DNA of 64,000 bases. Source: Candidatus Opimibacter iunctus. GTDB taxonomy: Bacteria; Bacteroidota; Bacteroidia; Chitinophagales; Saprospiraceae. Of this stretch, positions 17,455-27,940 are shown piece after piece (within the stretch, counting starts at the first letter, position 1; each line of letters starts with the position of its first letter). Both the position numbers and the translations under genes were made by a program. The notes beneath the pieces are model-generated. The model saw only the letters and a list, made by a program, of their open reading frames with translations, made no database searches and was not told the DNA's origin. The stretch covers positions 38,824 to 102,823 of the forward strand of contig JADJVH010000013.1 in the NCBI GenBank assembly GCA_016716665.1. Reading direction: 5' to 3'.

Positions 17455-19499
17455 ATGATCCATCCCCCCCAGCGATATATCGTGACATCGGCATTGCCAT
17501 ATGCCAATGGCCCACTCCATATAGGACATCTCACCGGTGCTTATCTCCCTGCTGATATTTTCGTCAGGATGCTGCGTATGCTCGATAATGATGTGGCTTT
17601 TATATGCGGCTCTGACGAACACGGCGCAGCAATCACCATCCGGGCCCTGAAGGATAACAGCACCCCTCAGGCCATTATCGATAAGTACCATGCACTCTTC
17701 CAGGAGACGTTTCTGAAAGCCGGCATCTCATTCGATATCTATCACCGTACCTCCTCACCACTGCACCACGAGACCGCCCAGGAATTTTTCAGATCACTGT
17801 ATGCCCAGGGCCAGTTTGTAGAAGAAGAGTCCGAACAATATTATGACCAGGAAGCCGGCAAATTCCTCGCCGATCGCTATATCAAGGGCACCTGCCCAAA
17901 GTGCAGCAACCCCGATGCATACGGAGACCAATGCGAACGCTGCGGTTCATCCCTCAGCCCACTCGAACTGATCAACCCCGTATCCACGATCACAGGGACT
18001 AAGCCAGAATTGCGAAAGACCAAACACTGGTATTTGCCTCTTGATAAATACGAATCCTGGTTGCGCACCTGGGTCGAAACCGGCGTCCTCGACGGCGTAG
18101 AACACCACGACCCTGCAGATTGGAAAACACACGTGATCGGCCAGTGCAAATCATGGCTCGATGGCGGATTACAACCCCGCGCCATGACCCGCGATCTCGA
18201 TTGGGGAGTTGATGTGCCACAGGAAATTCCAGGATCCGCCGGCAAGAAATTATATGTGTGGATGGATGCACCCATCGGCTATGTCTCTGCTACAAAGCAA
18301 TGGGCTGCCGACAATGGAAAGGACTGGAAAGCGTATTGGCAAGACCCTGAGTCTTCGCTCATCCATTTTATCGGCAAAGACAACATCGTCTTCCATTGCC
18401 TGATCTTCCCGGCGATACTCAAAGCACATGGGCAGTATAATCTACCTGTAAATGTTCCGGCCAATCAGTTTCTGAATCTCGAAGAACAAAAGATATCTAC
18501 TTCGCGCAACTGGGCGATCTGGGTACATGAGTTCCTCAATGAGAATCCGGATCAGACAGATGCATTGCGATATGTCCTGACGTACTCACCCATAAGTTTT
18601 GCGATGGCAAGGTGCCTGAGTTTGATGAGGATACACCGATCGTAGGTACCAGGGGTGATGATGAAGCTTCATGGCATGAAGTTGAAATGATGGACCTGTT
18701 TGACCGCATGTGGAATGTACAGGATGCCATTTCAAAATATGATTTCAGGGCTGGACTCAAGGCAATGCTGGACATTGCATCTGCAGGTAATCAACTCCTG
18801 CAGTTCAATGAGCCATGGAAAGCACATAAGGAGGATCCTGAAAGCGTAGTCGTCGTGCTCAACCTATGCATTCAATACCTTGGGGCATTGAGCTATGCTA
18901 TGCATCCATTTATGCCTGGCGCATCAGCACGTTTGAGGAAATTACTTGCACTCAATCCGATCATCGAACAAGGCTCATGGGTGACTACCCTTGATGCACT
19001 ATCGATGGGCGAAAAATTGATTCCCGAAGGACATACGATCAATCAGCCGGAACATCTCTTCAGCAGGATCGAAGATGAGTGGATCCAACTGCAGATTGCA
19101 AAGCTGCATGAAATGTCTGCTGCAGCGGTTATAGCAACAGCAGAAGCTGTCGAGGCTGCTCCTGTAGTAGAAAAGCCTGCTGTATCGTATGATGATTTTG
19201 CAAAACTGGACATCCGCACGGCTAGAATACTAGCCGCAGAAAGCGTACCTAAAGCAGATAAGCTACTCAAACTCACACTGGATGTCAATGGAGTGCAGCG
19301 CACCGTAGTGAGCGGCATTGCTAAACACTATAAGCCTGAAGATTTGCCTGGCAAGCATGTGGTTATCCTCGCAAACCTGGAACCGCGTAAAATACGCGGA
19401 GTAGAATCGCAGGGGATGATCCTGATGGCTGAATCAGGCGATGGCCAGCTTCATTTTGTGCAGGCTGCTACAGATGAAAGCGGTCTGGCTATCAGCTAA
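17455..19499 (+). pseudogene. metG: Methionine--tRNA ligase, interrupted by an internal deletion of about 36 codons plus a frameshift at 18574-18590
   Basis: ATG at 17455 gives [26 protein letters not shown] (HIGH motif). KISTSRNW is the KMSKS-type motif. The C-terminus carries a tRNA-binding (EMAP/Trbp111-like) domain, KLDIRTARILAAESVPKADKLLKL. ORF1 ends ...DALRYVLT then YSPISF... out of frame. ORF2's frame reads [17 protein letters not shown]. Between LRYVLT and VLTHKF, other MetRS carry about 36 aa (ANAPETKD..FQARNNNELV..GNFVNR..). Confidence 0.85.
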
Positions 19500-19530
19500 T
19501 TCTACCCTAAGGCCATATCTTTAGCCATCG

Positions 19531-21315
19531 ATGAATACAGAGGAAACAATAAAGAATGGCAAACCCTGGGGCAGGATTGCTGCCATAGCCCTGCTGGTGA
19601 TCGCAGGTAGCTATGCCGCATGGAAAATGCTCCATCTCCCTCTCTGGGCATGGTGGCCTTTGTTACTCGTACTTTCCTTTTGGCTGGCGGCTGTATTGTT
19701 GTTTTTTCCTGCTGATCCTATAGAACGAAAATGGCTGGGGTTGTCTACACTCTCCGGTATCCTGCTTGGTTTGGGTTTCCCTCCGTCACCACTCACATGG
19801 ATAGTGATCTTCGCATGGGTACCATTGTTACTCATGGAAAATGGAATCTATCAGCGCAACCAAAAAGTGCGTCCGGGAAAAGTCTGGCTCTATTCGTTTC
19901 ATGCATTTGTCCTGTGGAATGTCATTGCTACGTTCTGGGTGATGAACACTGCACTTGTAGCAGGCATAGTAGCCAATTTTCTCAATGCTGCTATTATGGC
20001 GACAGTCATAGTCATCATCCATGTGATCCGCCATCAGTTGCATCCAAGGTGGTCTATACTGGTCTTCATCTCATTCTGGATCTCATTCGAATACCTCCAT
20101 CACTTTTGGGATATCTCATGGCCATGGCTGACAATGGGCAATGCCCTTGCCGAGTACCCATGGGCCATTCAATGGTATGAATACACCGGAGCTTTCGGCG
20201 GTTCTTTATGGGTATTGGTAGTCAACTATGCTACTTATCGGCTATATAGAGATGGAGCGTATAAAAAGCTGCTACCAACTGGTTTTGTCACAAGCCTGAT
20301 AGTGGTTCCGCTCATGGTTTCTTTATGGATATGGTTTACGATCACACCTTCTGCTGCAAAGCCTGTTGGAGTTACTGTCGTGCAGCCCAATTTCGAACCC
20401 CACTATGAGAAGTTCGATCTTCCACAGCGCGATCAATCTATGCGGTTTCTCAAGTTGTCTTTCGATCATATCGACAGCACAACACGATATCTGGTCTTTC
20501 CGGAAACCAGTTTTGAAGGCATACGACTCAATACCTTCAGGGAAAATCCTGAGATCAGGTTGTTCCAGGGCGTGGTGGATTCTTTTCCAGACCTGCGATT
20601 GGTCACCGGGATTTCATCTTTCAGGGTACTGGACAAGGATCAATTGAAGGATGTCAATTACCGCACGCATATCGACAACAGAGGCGATACGACCTTGTGG
20701 GATATCCAGAATTCCGCGGTGCAAATGACTTCAGGAGAGGATGAGTACCAGGTGTATTTTAAATCAAAACTGGTGCCTGGACCTGAAATGTTTCCCTTCA
20801 AGGACTTTCTCTTTTTTCTCAAACCCATCATAGACAAGCTTGGGGGTACCTACGAAGGGCATACCAAGCAAGCCGAACGCAGTGTATTTACAGGTGGGCC
20901 GTTGCAGGTGGCCCCAATCATTTGCTATGAATCAATCTACGGTGACTTTGTCGGCGGATATGTGCGCAAAGGAGCTACAGCTTTGTTTATTGTCACCAAT
21001 GATGGATGGTGGGATCTGACACCAGGTCACATACAACATCTCAAGATCGGAGCGATGCGGGCTATTGAGCACCGCCGGCCGATTGCACGGAGTGCGAATA
21101 CCGGCATTTCCTGCTTCATTGATATCAGGGGACGTATCCTTCAGCCCACTAAGTATGGCGTGGCAACAGCCGTCATGGGTGAAGTCATTCCGGAGACAAG
21201 GATCACTTTTTATACAAGGTGGGGTGATCTCATCGCTAAATTTTTAGTGCTGGCGTGCATCAGCTTATTCCTGGTCACGATTTTCACTTTCGGGTTTAGA
21301 AAGTTTAAGTTCTAA
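19531..21315 (+). CDS. lnt: Apolipoprotein N-acyltransferase
   Basis: Multi-TM N-terminal half plus a nitrilase-like domain with the catalytic ICYESIYGDF, then TNDGWW and ARSANTGIS. Confidence 0.85.
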   Translation: MNTEETIKNGKPWGRIAAIALLVIAGSYAAWKMLHLPLWAWWPLLLVLSFWLAAVLLFFPADPIERKWLGLSTLSGILLGLGFPPSPLTWIVIFAWVPLLLMENGIYQRNQKVRPGKVWLYSFHAFVLWNVIATFWVMNTALVAGIVANFLNAAIMATVIVIIHVIRHQLHPRWSILVFISFWISFEYLHHFWDISWPWLTMGNALAEYPWAIQWYEYTGAFGGSLWVLVVNYATYRLYRDGAYKKLLPTGFVTSLIVVPLMVSLWIWFTITPSAAKPVGVTVVQPNFEPHYEKFDLPQRDQSMRFLKLSFDHIDSTTRYLVFPETSFEGIRLNTFRENPEIRLFQGVVDSFPDLRLVTGISSFRVLDKDQLKDVNYRTHIDNRGDTTLWDIQNSAVQMTSGEDEYQVYFKSKLVPGPEMFPFKDFLFFLKPIIDKLGGTYEGHTKQAERSVFTGGPLQVAPIICYESIYGDFVGGYVRKGATALFIVTNDGWWDLTPGHIQHLKIGAMRAIEHRRPIARSANTGISCFIDIRGRILQPTKYGVATAVMGEVIPETRITFYTRWGDLIAKFLVLACISLFLVTIFTFGFRKFKF

Positions 21316-21385
21316 GCTTCTTCCGCTGAGTTTCTATATTCTCCGGTTGTGCTTATCTTTATTCACCACTTAAATCTCACCCACC

Positions 21386-21670
21386 ATGATCACCTTCTGG
21401 ATACTTTGGATTTTCAATGCTGTCATGGCACTGATCCCAATCTATTTCTTTTTTATTGGCCTGGCTGACGGATCTGTTGATGGTGACAATATGGGGATAT
21501 GGATGATATTACTGTCAGTAGTCACCTTGATCCTTGGAGGGACATACTGGCTGAAAACCAAAAACCAGGTATTGGCAGCTAAGGTGTTATTGTGGATTAC
21601 CACAGTGCCATGTATCCTTGTGATCCTCTATTTTGCCATAGCTATCTTTGGAAATGCAAGGTGGAACTAA
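21386..21670 (+). CDS. Small membrane protein (94 aa), paralog A
   Basis: Three or four TM helices. Clearly homologous to 21783-22067: shared IPIYFFFIGLxDGS and ...LYFxxxxxGxxxWN* end. Confidence 0.6.
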   Translation: MITFWILWIFNAVMALIPIYFFFIGLADGSVDGDNMGIWMILLSVVTLILGGTYWLKTKNQVLAAKVLLWITTVPCILVILYFAIAIFGNARWN

Positions 21671-21782
21671 TACATGAATCTATCATACTCGTTTTCGTGT
21701 TAACTTTAACCAACGCATAGTGACCGGATATACCTCACAATACATAGTCTGAAATGATTTTATTACTCCTCAATCAATACAT

Positions 21783-22067
21783 ATGAACCTCTTCACAATT
21801 CTCTGGTATTTCACAGCTATCATGTCCCTGGTACCGGTGTATTTCTTCTTCATCGGATTGAAGGACGGTTCGATCACTACCCGCAATTTCGCCTTATGGT
21901 TGCTCATCCTGCTTATCATCGCGGGTGTCCTGATCGGTTCAAACTGGCTCCGGGATCACGATCGGTTGAATATGGCGGAATGGCTCCTCGGTTTGGCAGC
22001 AGTTCCTGGTTTACTTGTACTACTGTATTTTATAGTAGTGCTTATCGGTAAGCCAAAGTGGAATTGA
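21783..22067 (+). CDS. Small membrane protein (94 aa), paralog B
   Basis: Tandem duplicate of 21386-21670, identical in length. Confidence 0.6.
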   Translation: MNLFTILWYFTAIMSLVPVYFFFIGLKDGSITTRNFALWLLILLIIAGVLIGSNWLRDHDRLNMAEWLLGLAAVPGLLVLLYFIVVLIGKPKWN

Positions 22068-22111
22068 TTTCTTATTGCTGTATTCCCTTTTTCTAAATTA
22101 ACTTATCCCCT

Positions 22112-22759
22112 ATGCCAGAAGCACCGGATTACAACCAGGCCGCTGAAGTCTTCCGCAAGACTATGGAAGAGGCGCTGGCCAACATTGATGTGGTCAATGC
22201 CAATCTCAAGAAGGAACAAGAGAAAGCAATTGATATGCAGATTGCAGCCAAGGATGAATTCAACCGTATACAAAACGAGGCACATCAGATATCAGAAGCC
22301 TACATGGAGCAACACAGGAAGGAATATCTCGCTCAAATGCGTGATGAAATCTTGCTGGAGGTGACCAGGAAACTCATATTGGAAGAAGTACCATCAGATA
22401 AATTGAAATCCGCATTGGAACTCCCTCCCAAGATTCTTGCAGACGCGTGGTTTTATGTCGGTTTTGAAAAACTTGATGATCATTACATTGGACATGTTGG
22501 CTATATCAACCAGGGGCGTTCCGGTACGGTCATCTTTTATCGAAACGATCTGACGATCCATTTTCCTTTTGAGTTTGGTGGAGGAGAGACCCTGGCGATT
22601 ATTGATGTGCCCACACCAGAGAACTGGGAAAGGGAAACAAAGACTTTACTCGCTGACCGACAGGTGATCCTCGAGTTTGTGGCAAAACGCGTCATCAGGG
22701 ATCAGGCTTCAAAGTGCACCTACTTCATAGGTCCTGACAAAATCCTGATCCAATATTGA
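22112..22759 (+). CDS. Hypothetical cytoplasmic protein (coiled-coil N-terminal half, globular C-terminal half)
   Basis: 215-aa ORF with an ATG start. I recognise no motif. Confidence 0.5.
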   Translation: MPEAPDYNQAAEVFRKTMEEALANIDVVNANLKKEQEKAIDMQIAAKDEFNRIQNEAHQISEAYMEQHRKEYLAQMRDEILLEVTRKLILEEVPSDKLKSALELPPKILADAWFYVGFEKLDDHYIGHVGYINQGRSGTVIFYRNDLTIHFPFEFGGGETLAIIDVPTPENWERETKTLLADRQVILEFVAKRVIRDQASKCTYFIGPDKILIQY

Positions 22760-23157
22760 AACCACCCATCCTCATGGTTATGAATCGATTTTTTCATTTT
22801 CTGGTTGGACCCGAATTATTGTGGTTGTGTTTTTATCTCCTTGTATTGGTCATCATCAAGGCATCAGGCTCTCCTGTCAAATCCATGGATGGATTCTGGG
22901 AGTCTACAGCTTGGTTTGTGCCTTTGCTGCTGATCCCTCTCACGTTTATGCTGTATTACGCTCCGGGTGTGATCAGGGACTGGATGTTGCTGAGGATATG
23001 GATAGTCGGACTGGTCGGCGGACACTATGTGTTAAGCAAAAGTTTGGCAGCATACACCGAGCAGGGCCCTGGCATTGGTACGGCTTATATCATGGGCATG
23101 GGTTTATTATTTTTCCTCCTGATCGCCGGATCAATCTGGGCTAAACTCAAATTTTAG
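22756..23157 (+). CDS. Hypothetical membrane protein (about 4 TM); start uncertain (TTG 22756, ATG 22774 or 22780)
   Basis: Overlaps the stop of the preceding ORF, so it is probably co-transcribed. Hydrophobic throughout. Confidence 0.5.
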   Translation: MKPPILMVMNRFFHFLVGPELLWLCFYLLVLVIIKASGSPVKSMDGFWESTAWFVPLLLIPLTFMLYYAPGVIRDWMLLRIWIVGLVGGHYVLSKSLAAYTEQGPGIGTAYIMGMGLLFFLLIAGSIWAKLKF

Positions 23158-23372
23158 CGATTTTGTCCTCACACGGGACTATGGCATAGAGTGGGGCAGA
23201 CAAAACTTCCACAACGGCCTCGTATTCCTCGGCTTCCTCTCCTACGAGCAGTGCCTCACGAGGACAGACCTCAATCACGCAACCATGACCAAGGAAATCC
23301 TTTCCTCCATCCGAAATGAAATCTTATCAGCAGATTGATGCCACATCCCCCTCAAAACCCACTCACCCTCAA

Positions 23373-23693
23373 CTGGTAGCTGGTGGCTGATAGCTGATAG
23401 CAAATTCTTAATCACGCCCACTCTCACTCCCACACTACCGGTAGCTGGTAGCTGGTAGCTGACGGCTGTCAGCTCAAACCAAATCCCTATCCCCCACATA
23501 CTCAGATCTCACACAACTGGTAGCTGGTAGCTGGTAGCTAGTAGCTGGTAGCTGACGGCTGATAGCTGACGGCTTTTAGTCAAATCCCTAACACACTCAC
23601 ACTCTAACACACACCACTGGTAGCTGGTAGCTGGCGGCTGATAGCTGACAGCTGATGGCTGATAGCTGATAGCTGACGGCCGATAGCTCAAAC
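23373..23693. repeat. Higher-order repeat: four heptamer arrays (CTGGTAG then CTGAYRG), each preceded by a related 32-37-nt CA-rich leader
   Basis: The arrays are 23373-23400 (4 copies), 23438-23479 (6), 23517-23579 (9) and 23617-23693 (11). The leaders are caaattcttaatcacgcccactctcactcccacacta, caaatccctatcccccacatactcagatctcacacaa and tcaaatccctaacacactcacactctaacacacacca. The last heptamer, ctcaaac, contains the fumC stop codon (tca at 23688-23690). Confidence 0.95.
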
Positions 23694-25070
23694 CATATCT
23701 TCCGCCCTGACCCACTTATCAAACTGGTCAGCAGTCAGATACCCAAGTGCAATTGCCGCTTCCTTCAGCGTCGTATTCTCCTTATGCGCTTTCTTGGCGA
23801 TTTCAGCAGACTTGTCATAACCGATATGCGTATTGAGTGCAGTCACCAGCATCAGCGAATTGTCAAGATGCATCTTGATCCGTGCATGATTAGGCTCGAT
23901 ACCGTCAACACAATGTTCTACAAAGCTGTGACATGAATCAGCAATCAACCTGGCAGATGTCAGGAAGTTAAAGATGATCACCGGCTTGAATACATTGAGT
24001 TCAAAGTGTCCTTGCATAGCACCTACATTGATGGCCACATCATTACCGATTACCTGGGCCATACACATAGTCATAGCCTCAGATTGCGTTGGATTGACTT
24101 TGCCTGGCATGATCGATGAGCCGGGTTCATTGGAAGGGATGTTGATCTCTCCTATGCCACTTCGAGGTCCTGATGCAAGCAAGCGGATGTCATTGGCTAT
24201 TTTATTGAGCGAAACCGCTACTGTTTTCAATGCACCATGCGCCTCCACGATGGCATCGTGGGCGGCCAGGGATTCAAATTTATTTTTTGCAGTGACAAAC
24301 GGATAGCCGGTCAGTTCTCCGATTTTCTTAGCTACTTTCTTATCGTACCCTTTTGGTGCATTGAGGCCTGTGCCTACCGCGGTGCCACCAAGGGCAAGTT
24401 CGGTGAGATGGGGCAGGGTATTCTTGATTGCTTTTATACCATGTTCAACTTGTGACGCATAGCCACTGAATTCCTGGCCTAGTGTCAAAGGCGTTGCATC
24501 CATCAGGTGTGTACGGCCTATCTTGACAATAGCCTTGAATTCCTTTGCCTTTGCATCAAGCGATGCATGCAGGAGTGTCAACGCAGGAATGGTATGCTCT
24601 ACGAGATAGCTGAAGGCAGCAATGCTCATCGCGGTCGGAAAGGTATCATTGGAGGATTGCGACTTATTCACATCATCATTGGGATGCAGATATTTCTTAG
24701 CATCATCCAGTTTGCCTCCCTTGATGACATGGCCACGATTGGCGATCACTTCATTGAGGTTCATATTGGATTGTGTACCTGACCCCGTTTGCCATACGAC
24801 CAGCGGGAAATGATCATCGAGTTGACCTTTGGAGATTTCATCACACACTTTGCCGATCAGTTTGGCTTTGGGTTGAGGCAATACCCCGAGATCCATATTG
24901 ACCAGTGCGGCAGCCTTTTTAAGGACCGCAAATGCCCTGATGATTTCGATAGGCATACGGTGGCCACCGATTTTAAAGTTGTCTTTGCTTCGTTGTGTTT
25001 GTGCGCCCCAATATACATCAGCAGGTACCTGTACAGGTCCCATACTGTCTTTTTCTATTCTGTATTCCAT
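23688..25070 (-). CDS. fumC: Class II fumarate hydratase
   Basis: 460 aa. [16 protein letters not shown] signature. N-terminal [28 protein letters not shown]. Confidence 0.95.
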   Translation of the reverse strand: MEYRIEKDSMGPVQVPADVYWGAQTQRSKDNFKIGGHRMPIEIIRAFAVLKKAAALVNMDLGVLPQPKAKLIGKVCDEISKGQLDDHFPLVVWQTGSGTQSNMNLNEVIANRGHVIKGGKLDDAKKYLHPNDDVNKSQSSNDTFPTAMSIAAFSYLVEHTIPALTLLHASLDAKAKEFKAIVKIGRTHLMDATPLTLGQEFSGYASQVEHGIKAIKNTLPHLTELALGGTAVGTGLNAPKGYDKKVAKKIGELTGYPFVTAKNKFESLAAHDAIVEAHGALKTVAVSLNKIANDIRLLASGPRSGIGEINIPSNEPGSSIMPGKVNPTQSEAMTMCMAQVIGNDVAINVGAMQGHFELNVFKPVIIFNFLTSARLIADSCHSFVEHCVDGIEPNHARIKMHLDNSLMLVTALNTHIGYDKSAEIAKKAHKENTTLKEAAIALGYLTADQFDKWVRAEDMV

Positions 25071-25212
25071 AGTCTTTGCATTGAACGGCTAAGATAACCA
25101 TGCGGGTATGGAAGTCAATGCACAATGACTTAAATCATGCGCAAATTGCCCAAGATCATTGATCTGCCCGGATGAGGAAACCCTAACGCCGAGGCATCAA
25201 GAATGGCTGTAA

Positions 25213-26544
25213 CTATTTCACACGGGTATGGACACGGGATAGCACATGTTCGCCCACCCTGGTCCCTTGCACTGCACCATTTTCTATCGCGGGCATCGTA
25301 TGTATACCACCATAAAAACGGCTGATAGACGCCTCAGCAGCGGCTTCTTTAAAGGAGTTAAACGACCTCACCGGAAGCTCATACTGGAGCTCACTGCTAT
25401 CAGCAAAGGCAAAATTTTCACCAAACATACTGGTCATGATGACAGCGGATGCTGCGGTGATGACACTATGTGCACTGGTATACTCTGGAAATGGTGGTGT
25501 CTGCAGGGATGGTTCCCACCTCGGGTCAATAAACCTGTTGATGTACGTTTCAGGGCGAACCATATTGGTACGGTATTTTTCATCCCAGCAACTGATGAAG
25601 CCATCAAACAGACCGATAGCAACCATCGCATACGCCTCTGCAGTGCCTACCATATCCAGTCCGGCTTTACGCGTAGCCAGGCCTACAATCCCCATCCAAT
25701 GCCCGCCTGGAGTGATTTTCTTGGTGGCCATCATCAGGTGGCCCTGTTGGTGCATGACATAAGGATTGCAATCCCAGAAATTGGCAATGGCGAGTTTTTC
25801 CTCTTTATTGGAATCCATCACCGTATATACTGCTTTTGCCTCCTTGTAGTATTGGGAATTAGTATCTGTGCTAAATGCAGTAGGAAATTCAGGAGCAAAT
25901 TGATTGGCACTATCCAGGGTCATAGAACGTATTTCACGCCAGTGAGGCTCTACGGCTTCAATGTATGCAGGAGGAGTGGGCTGCCACCTGTTAGGATCCT
26001 TGTTTACCGTGTATTTGGGAAAGCTGCGCGTCTGCGCATAATTGTCTTTCTTAGACCAGGCCAGGATATGATCAGCGACTTGCTTTCCATACGCAGTAGA
26101 GGCTTCAAATACATCATCAGGTAATCCTTTTGCCTTTAGGTCAGCATACATGGCATTGGTATAGTCTTCCATCTCAGACTCCGAAAAGATCAACGCTTTG
26201 GCAACGGTCACATAAGCGTGCAATCCGGCAAGATTGACATCCACTTTGGGATCAGCAGGTGGGGCAGGAACCTCTGTCAGATCACGCACTTGTCCAGCCA
26301 GGCTTTTATATTCAGGATGGCCTTGCCGTAAGGTCTCATAGAGGGCTATATTGGTGTATGCATAGATACGTCCGGCAACGACCGGGGAGAAAATATCATG
26401 GACGATGATTTCAGTGGTTTTGTCAATGGAATGATGGATCAACGAAGTATTTGCACATACCGTAGGATCGTATTTCGATTGCTTACACGCAGGGATATAT
26501 AGCAGGGAAACTAGAATCAAGGGGAGGATAATCCTGATTTTCAT
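25213..26544 (-). CDS. Vanadium-dependent haloperoxidase-like / PAP2-superfamily lipoprotein
   Basis: ATG at 26544 gives MKIRIILPLILVSLLYIPAC, a lipoprotein signal. C-terminal PPFPEYTSAHSV...SRFYGGIHTM matches the acid-phosphatase/haloperoxidase motifs. Confidence 0.55.
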   Translation of the reverse strand: MKIRIILPLILVSLLYIPACKQSKYDPTVCANTSLIHHSIDKTTEIIVHDIFSPVVAGRIYAYTNIALYETLRQGHPEYKSLAGQVRDLTEVPAPPADPKVDVNLAGLHAYVTVAKALIFSESEMEDYTNAMYADLKAKGLPDDVFEASTAYGKQVADHILAWSKKDNYAQTRSFPKYTVNKDPNRWQPTPPAYIEAVEPHWREIRSMTLDSANQFAPEFPTAFSTDTNSQYYKEAKAVYTVMDSNKEEKLAIANFWDCNPYVMHQQGHLMMATKKITPGGHWMGIVGLATRKAGLDMVGTAEAYAMVAIGLFDGFISCWDEKYRTNMVRPETYINRFIDPRWEPSLQTPPFPEYTSAHSVITAASAVIMTSMFGENFAFADSSELQYELPVRSFNSFKEAAAEASISRFYGGIHTMPAIENGAVQGTRVGEHVLSRVHTRVK

Positions 26545-26888
26545 AGAGGAATTGTTTAATTGCCGCAAAGGTATTGAAAAAGGAGGGTTTACAATTCCTG
26601 CCTGATGATCATCAGCTTTTCTAAGTGAATTTTAATATCCGGATTGAAAAAACGGAGGTCGAAAGGATTTCCTGGGGTTTGAACGGCTATTCAATTCGCG
26701 AATAAAAACTTTTTATTAGGGCTTATGGACAGCAAAGTATGATCCACTATATATTATTAAAATATTTAATATGTTTTAGAGCTAATTTTTCATCGGCCAC
26801 CTATGGAGAAAGTATGATTACATTGGAGTTGCCAATCACCTGATACGGATCACCGGCATGGATGCTCCGTTGATCAAACAGCAAAGAG

Positions 26889-27911
26889 ATGCTAGCCCAT
26901 GTTTTAGTTCGTAACAGCACGCCATCCGACTCCTTTGAATTGAAGGAATGCCCCATCCCAGAGGTAGGACCAGGCCAGGTGCGAATCAAAGTCACTGCTT
27001 TTGGACTCAATTTTGCCGATATCATGGCTCGCCAGGGCTTGTATAGAGAATGCCCTCCACTGCCGTGTATTATCGGGTACGATGTGGAAGGCTTCATTGA
27101 CCAGGTCGCACCAGATGTTACGGGATTCAAGCCAGAGGACAGGGTTTTTGCACTGACCCGTTTTGGTGGTTACGCCCAGTACGCCATTACACAGGCTCAG
27201 GCAGTAAGCCACTTACCTACAGAGGCACCTGTCGGAATCGGATGCGCTCTGGCAACCCAATGTGTGACCGCATATCATGCAGCAATCCTTTCTCAGACGT
27301 TATTGCCCGGCGAGAAGGTATTGATCCAGGCAGCAGCAGGAGGATTGGGCACAGCCCTTATACAAATTGCACTCTGGAAAGGATGCACAGTCATTGGTGT
27401 TGTAGGTGGAAAGGAGAAAGCCGATTACATCAGGAAGCTCGGCGTCCAACACGTTGTAGATCATCATACGATTTCCTGGGTCGATTATGTCAATCAACAT
27501 CTCGGAGGCAGGGTAGATGTGATCTTCGACAATGTAGGTGGCTCTTCCATTAAGAAAGGTAAAGCAGTTTTATCTGCTGGAGGAAGGATCGTCACCCTTG
27601 GAGCAGCAGCACTCTCCGGAAAGAAAGGCAAGCTAAATCTGATAAAACTTGGATTAGGCTTCGGCTTCTTTTCCCCGATCTCTTTTCTCGGTAAGTCCCA
27701 AAGCCTCATCGGTGTCAATATGCTCAAGATCGCTGATTACAGACCTGATATGATCAATGTTTCCTTCAAGGGCGTTGCCCAACTCTATAAAGATGGAATC
27801 CTCAATCCACACATCGGCAAAGTATTCTCACAGGATGAATTGGCTGAAGCCCAGGCGCACATGGAAGACCGCAAAGCCATCGGCAAAGTAGTCGTGACCT
27901 GGAATGAATAG
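26889..27911 (+). CDS. Zinc-type alcohol dehydrogenase superfamily (MDR) NADPH:quinone oxidoreductase-like protein
   Basis: GroES-like N-terminus (GPGQVRIKVTAFGLNFAD) and a Rossmann motif AAAGGLGTALIQIA. Confidence 0.7.
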   Translation: MLAHVLVRNSTPSDSFELKECPIPEVGPGQVRIKVTAFGLNFADIMARQGLYRECPPLPCIIGYDVEGFIDQVAPDVTGFKPEDRVFALTRFGGYAQYAITQAQAVSHLPTEAPVGIGCALATQCVTAYHAAILSQTLLPGEKVLIQAAAGGLGTALIQIALWKGCTVIGVVGGKEKADYIRKLGVQHVVDHHTISWVDYVNQHLGGRVDVIFDNVGGSSIKKGKAVLSAGGRIVTLGAAALSGKKGKLNLIKLGLGFGFFSPISFLGKSQSLIGVNMLKIADYRPDMINVSFKGVAQLYKDGILNPHIGKVFSQDELAEAQAHMEDRKAIGKVVVTWNE

Positions 27912-27940
27912 TAGCTTATTCCATAAGGTACTATCCCTTA

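Noticed and set aside
23147-23323. Minus-strand 58-codon open frame (DFISDGGKDFLGHGCVIEVCPREALLVGEEAEEYEAVVEVLSAPLYAIVPCEDKIAKI*) as a ferredoxin-like gene remnant
   Set aside because: It has no start codon, and the Cys spacing (C-x4-CP) is not the canonical C-x3-CP of 4Fe-4S ferredoxins. It also overlaps the end of the + strand membrane-protein gene. It could be a decayed gene fragment, but the evidence is too thin to annotate.
23373-23693. Possible CRISPR array (regularly spaced repeats with intervening segments)
   Set aside because: The 'repeats' are themselves tandem heptamers of variable copy number. The intervening segments are diverged copies of one another rather than unique spacers. 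There is no 25-40-nt constant repeat, and no cas genes occur anywhere in the window.
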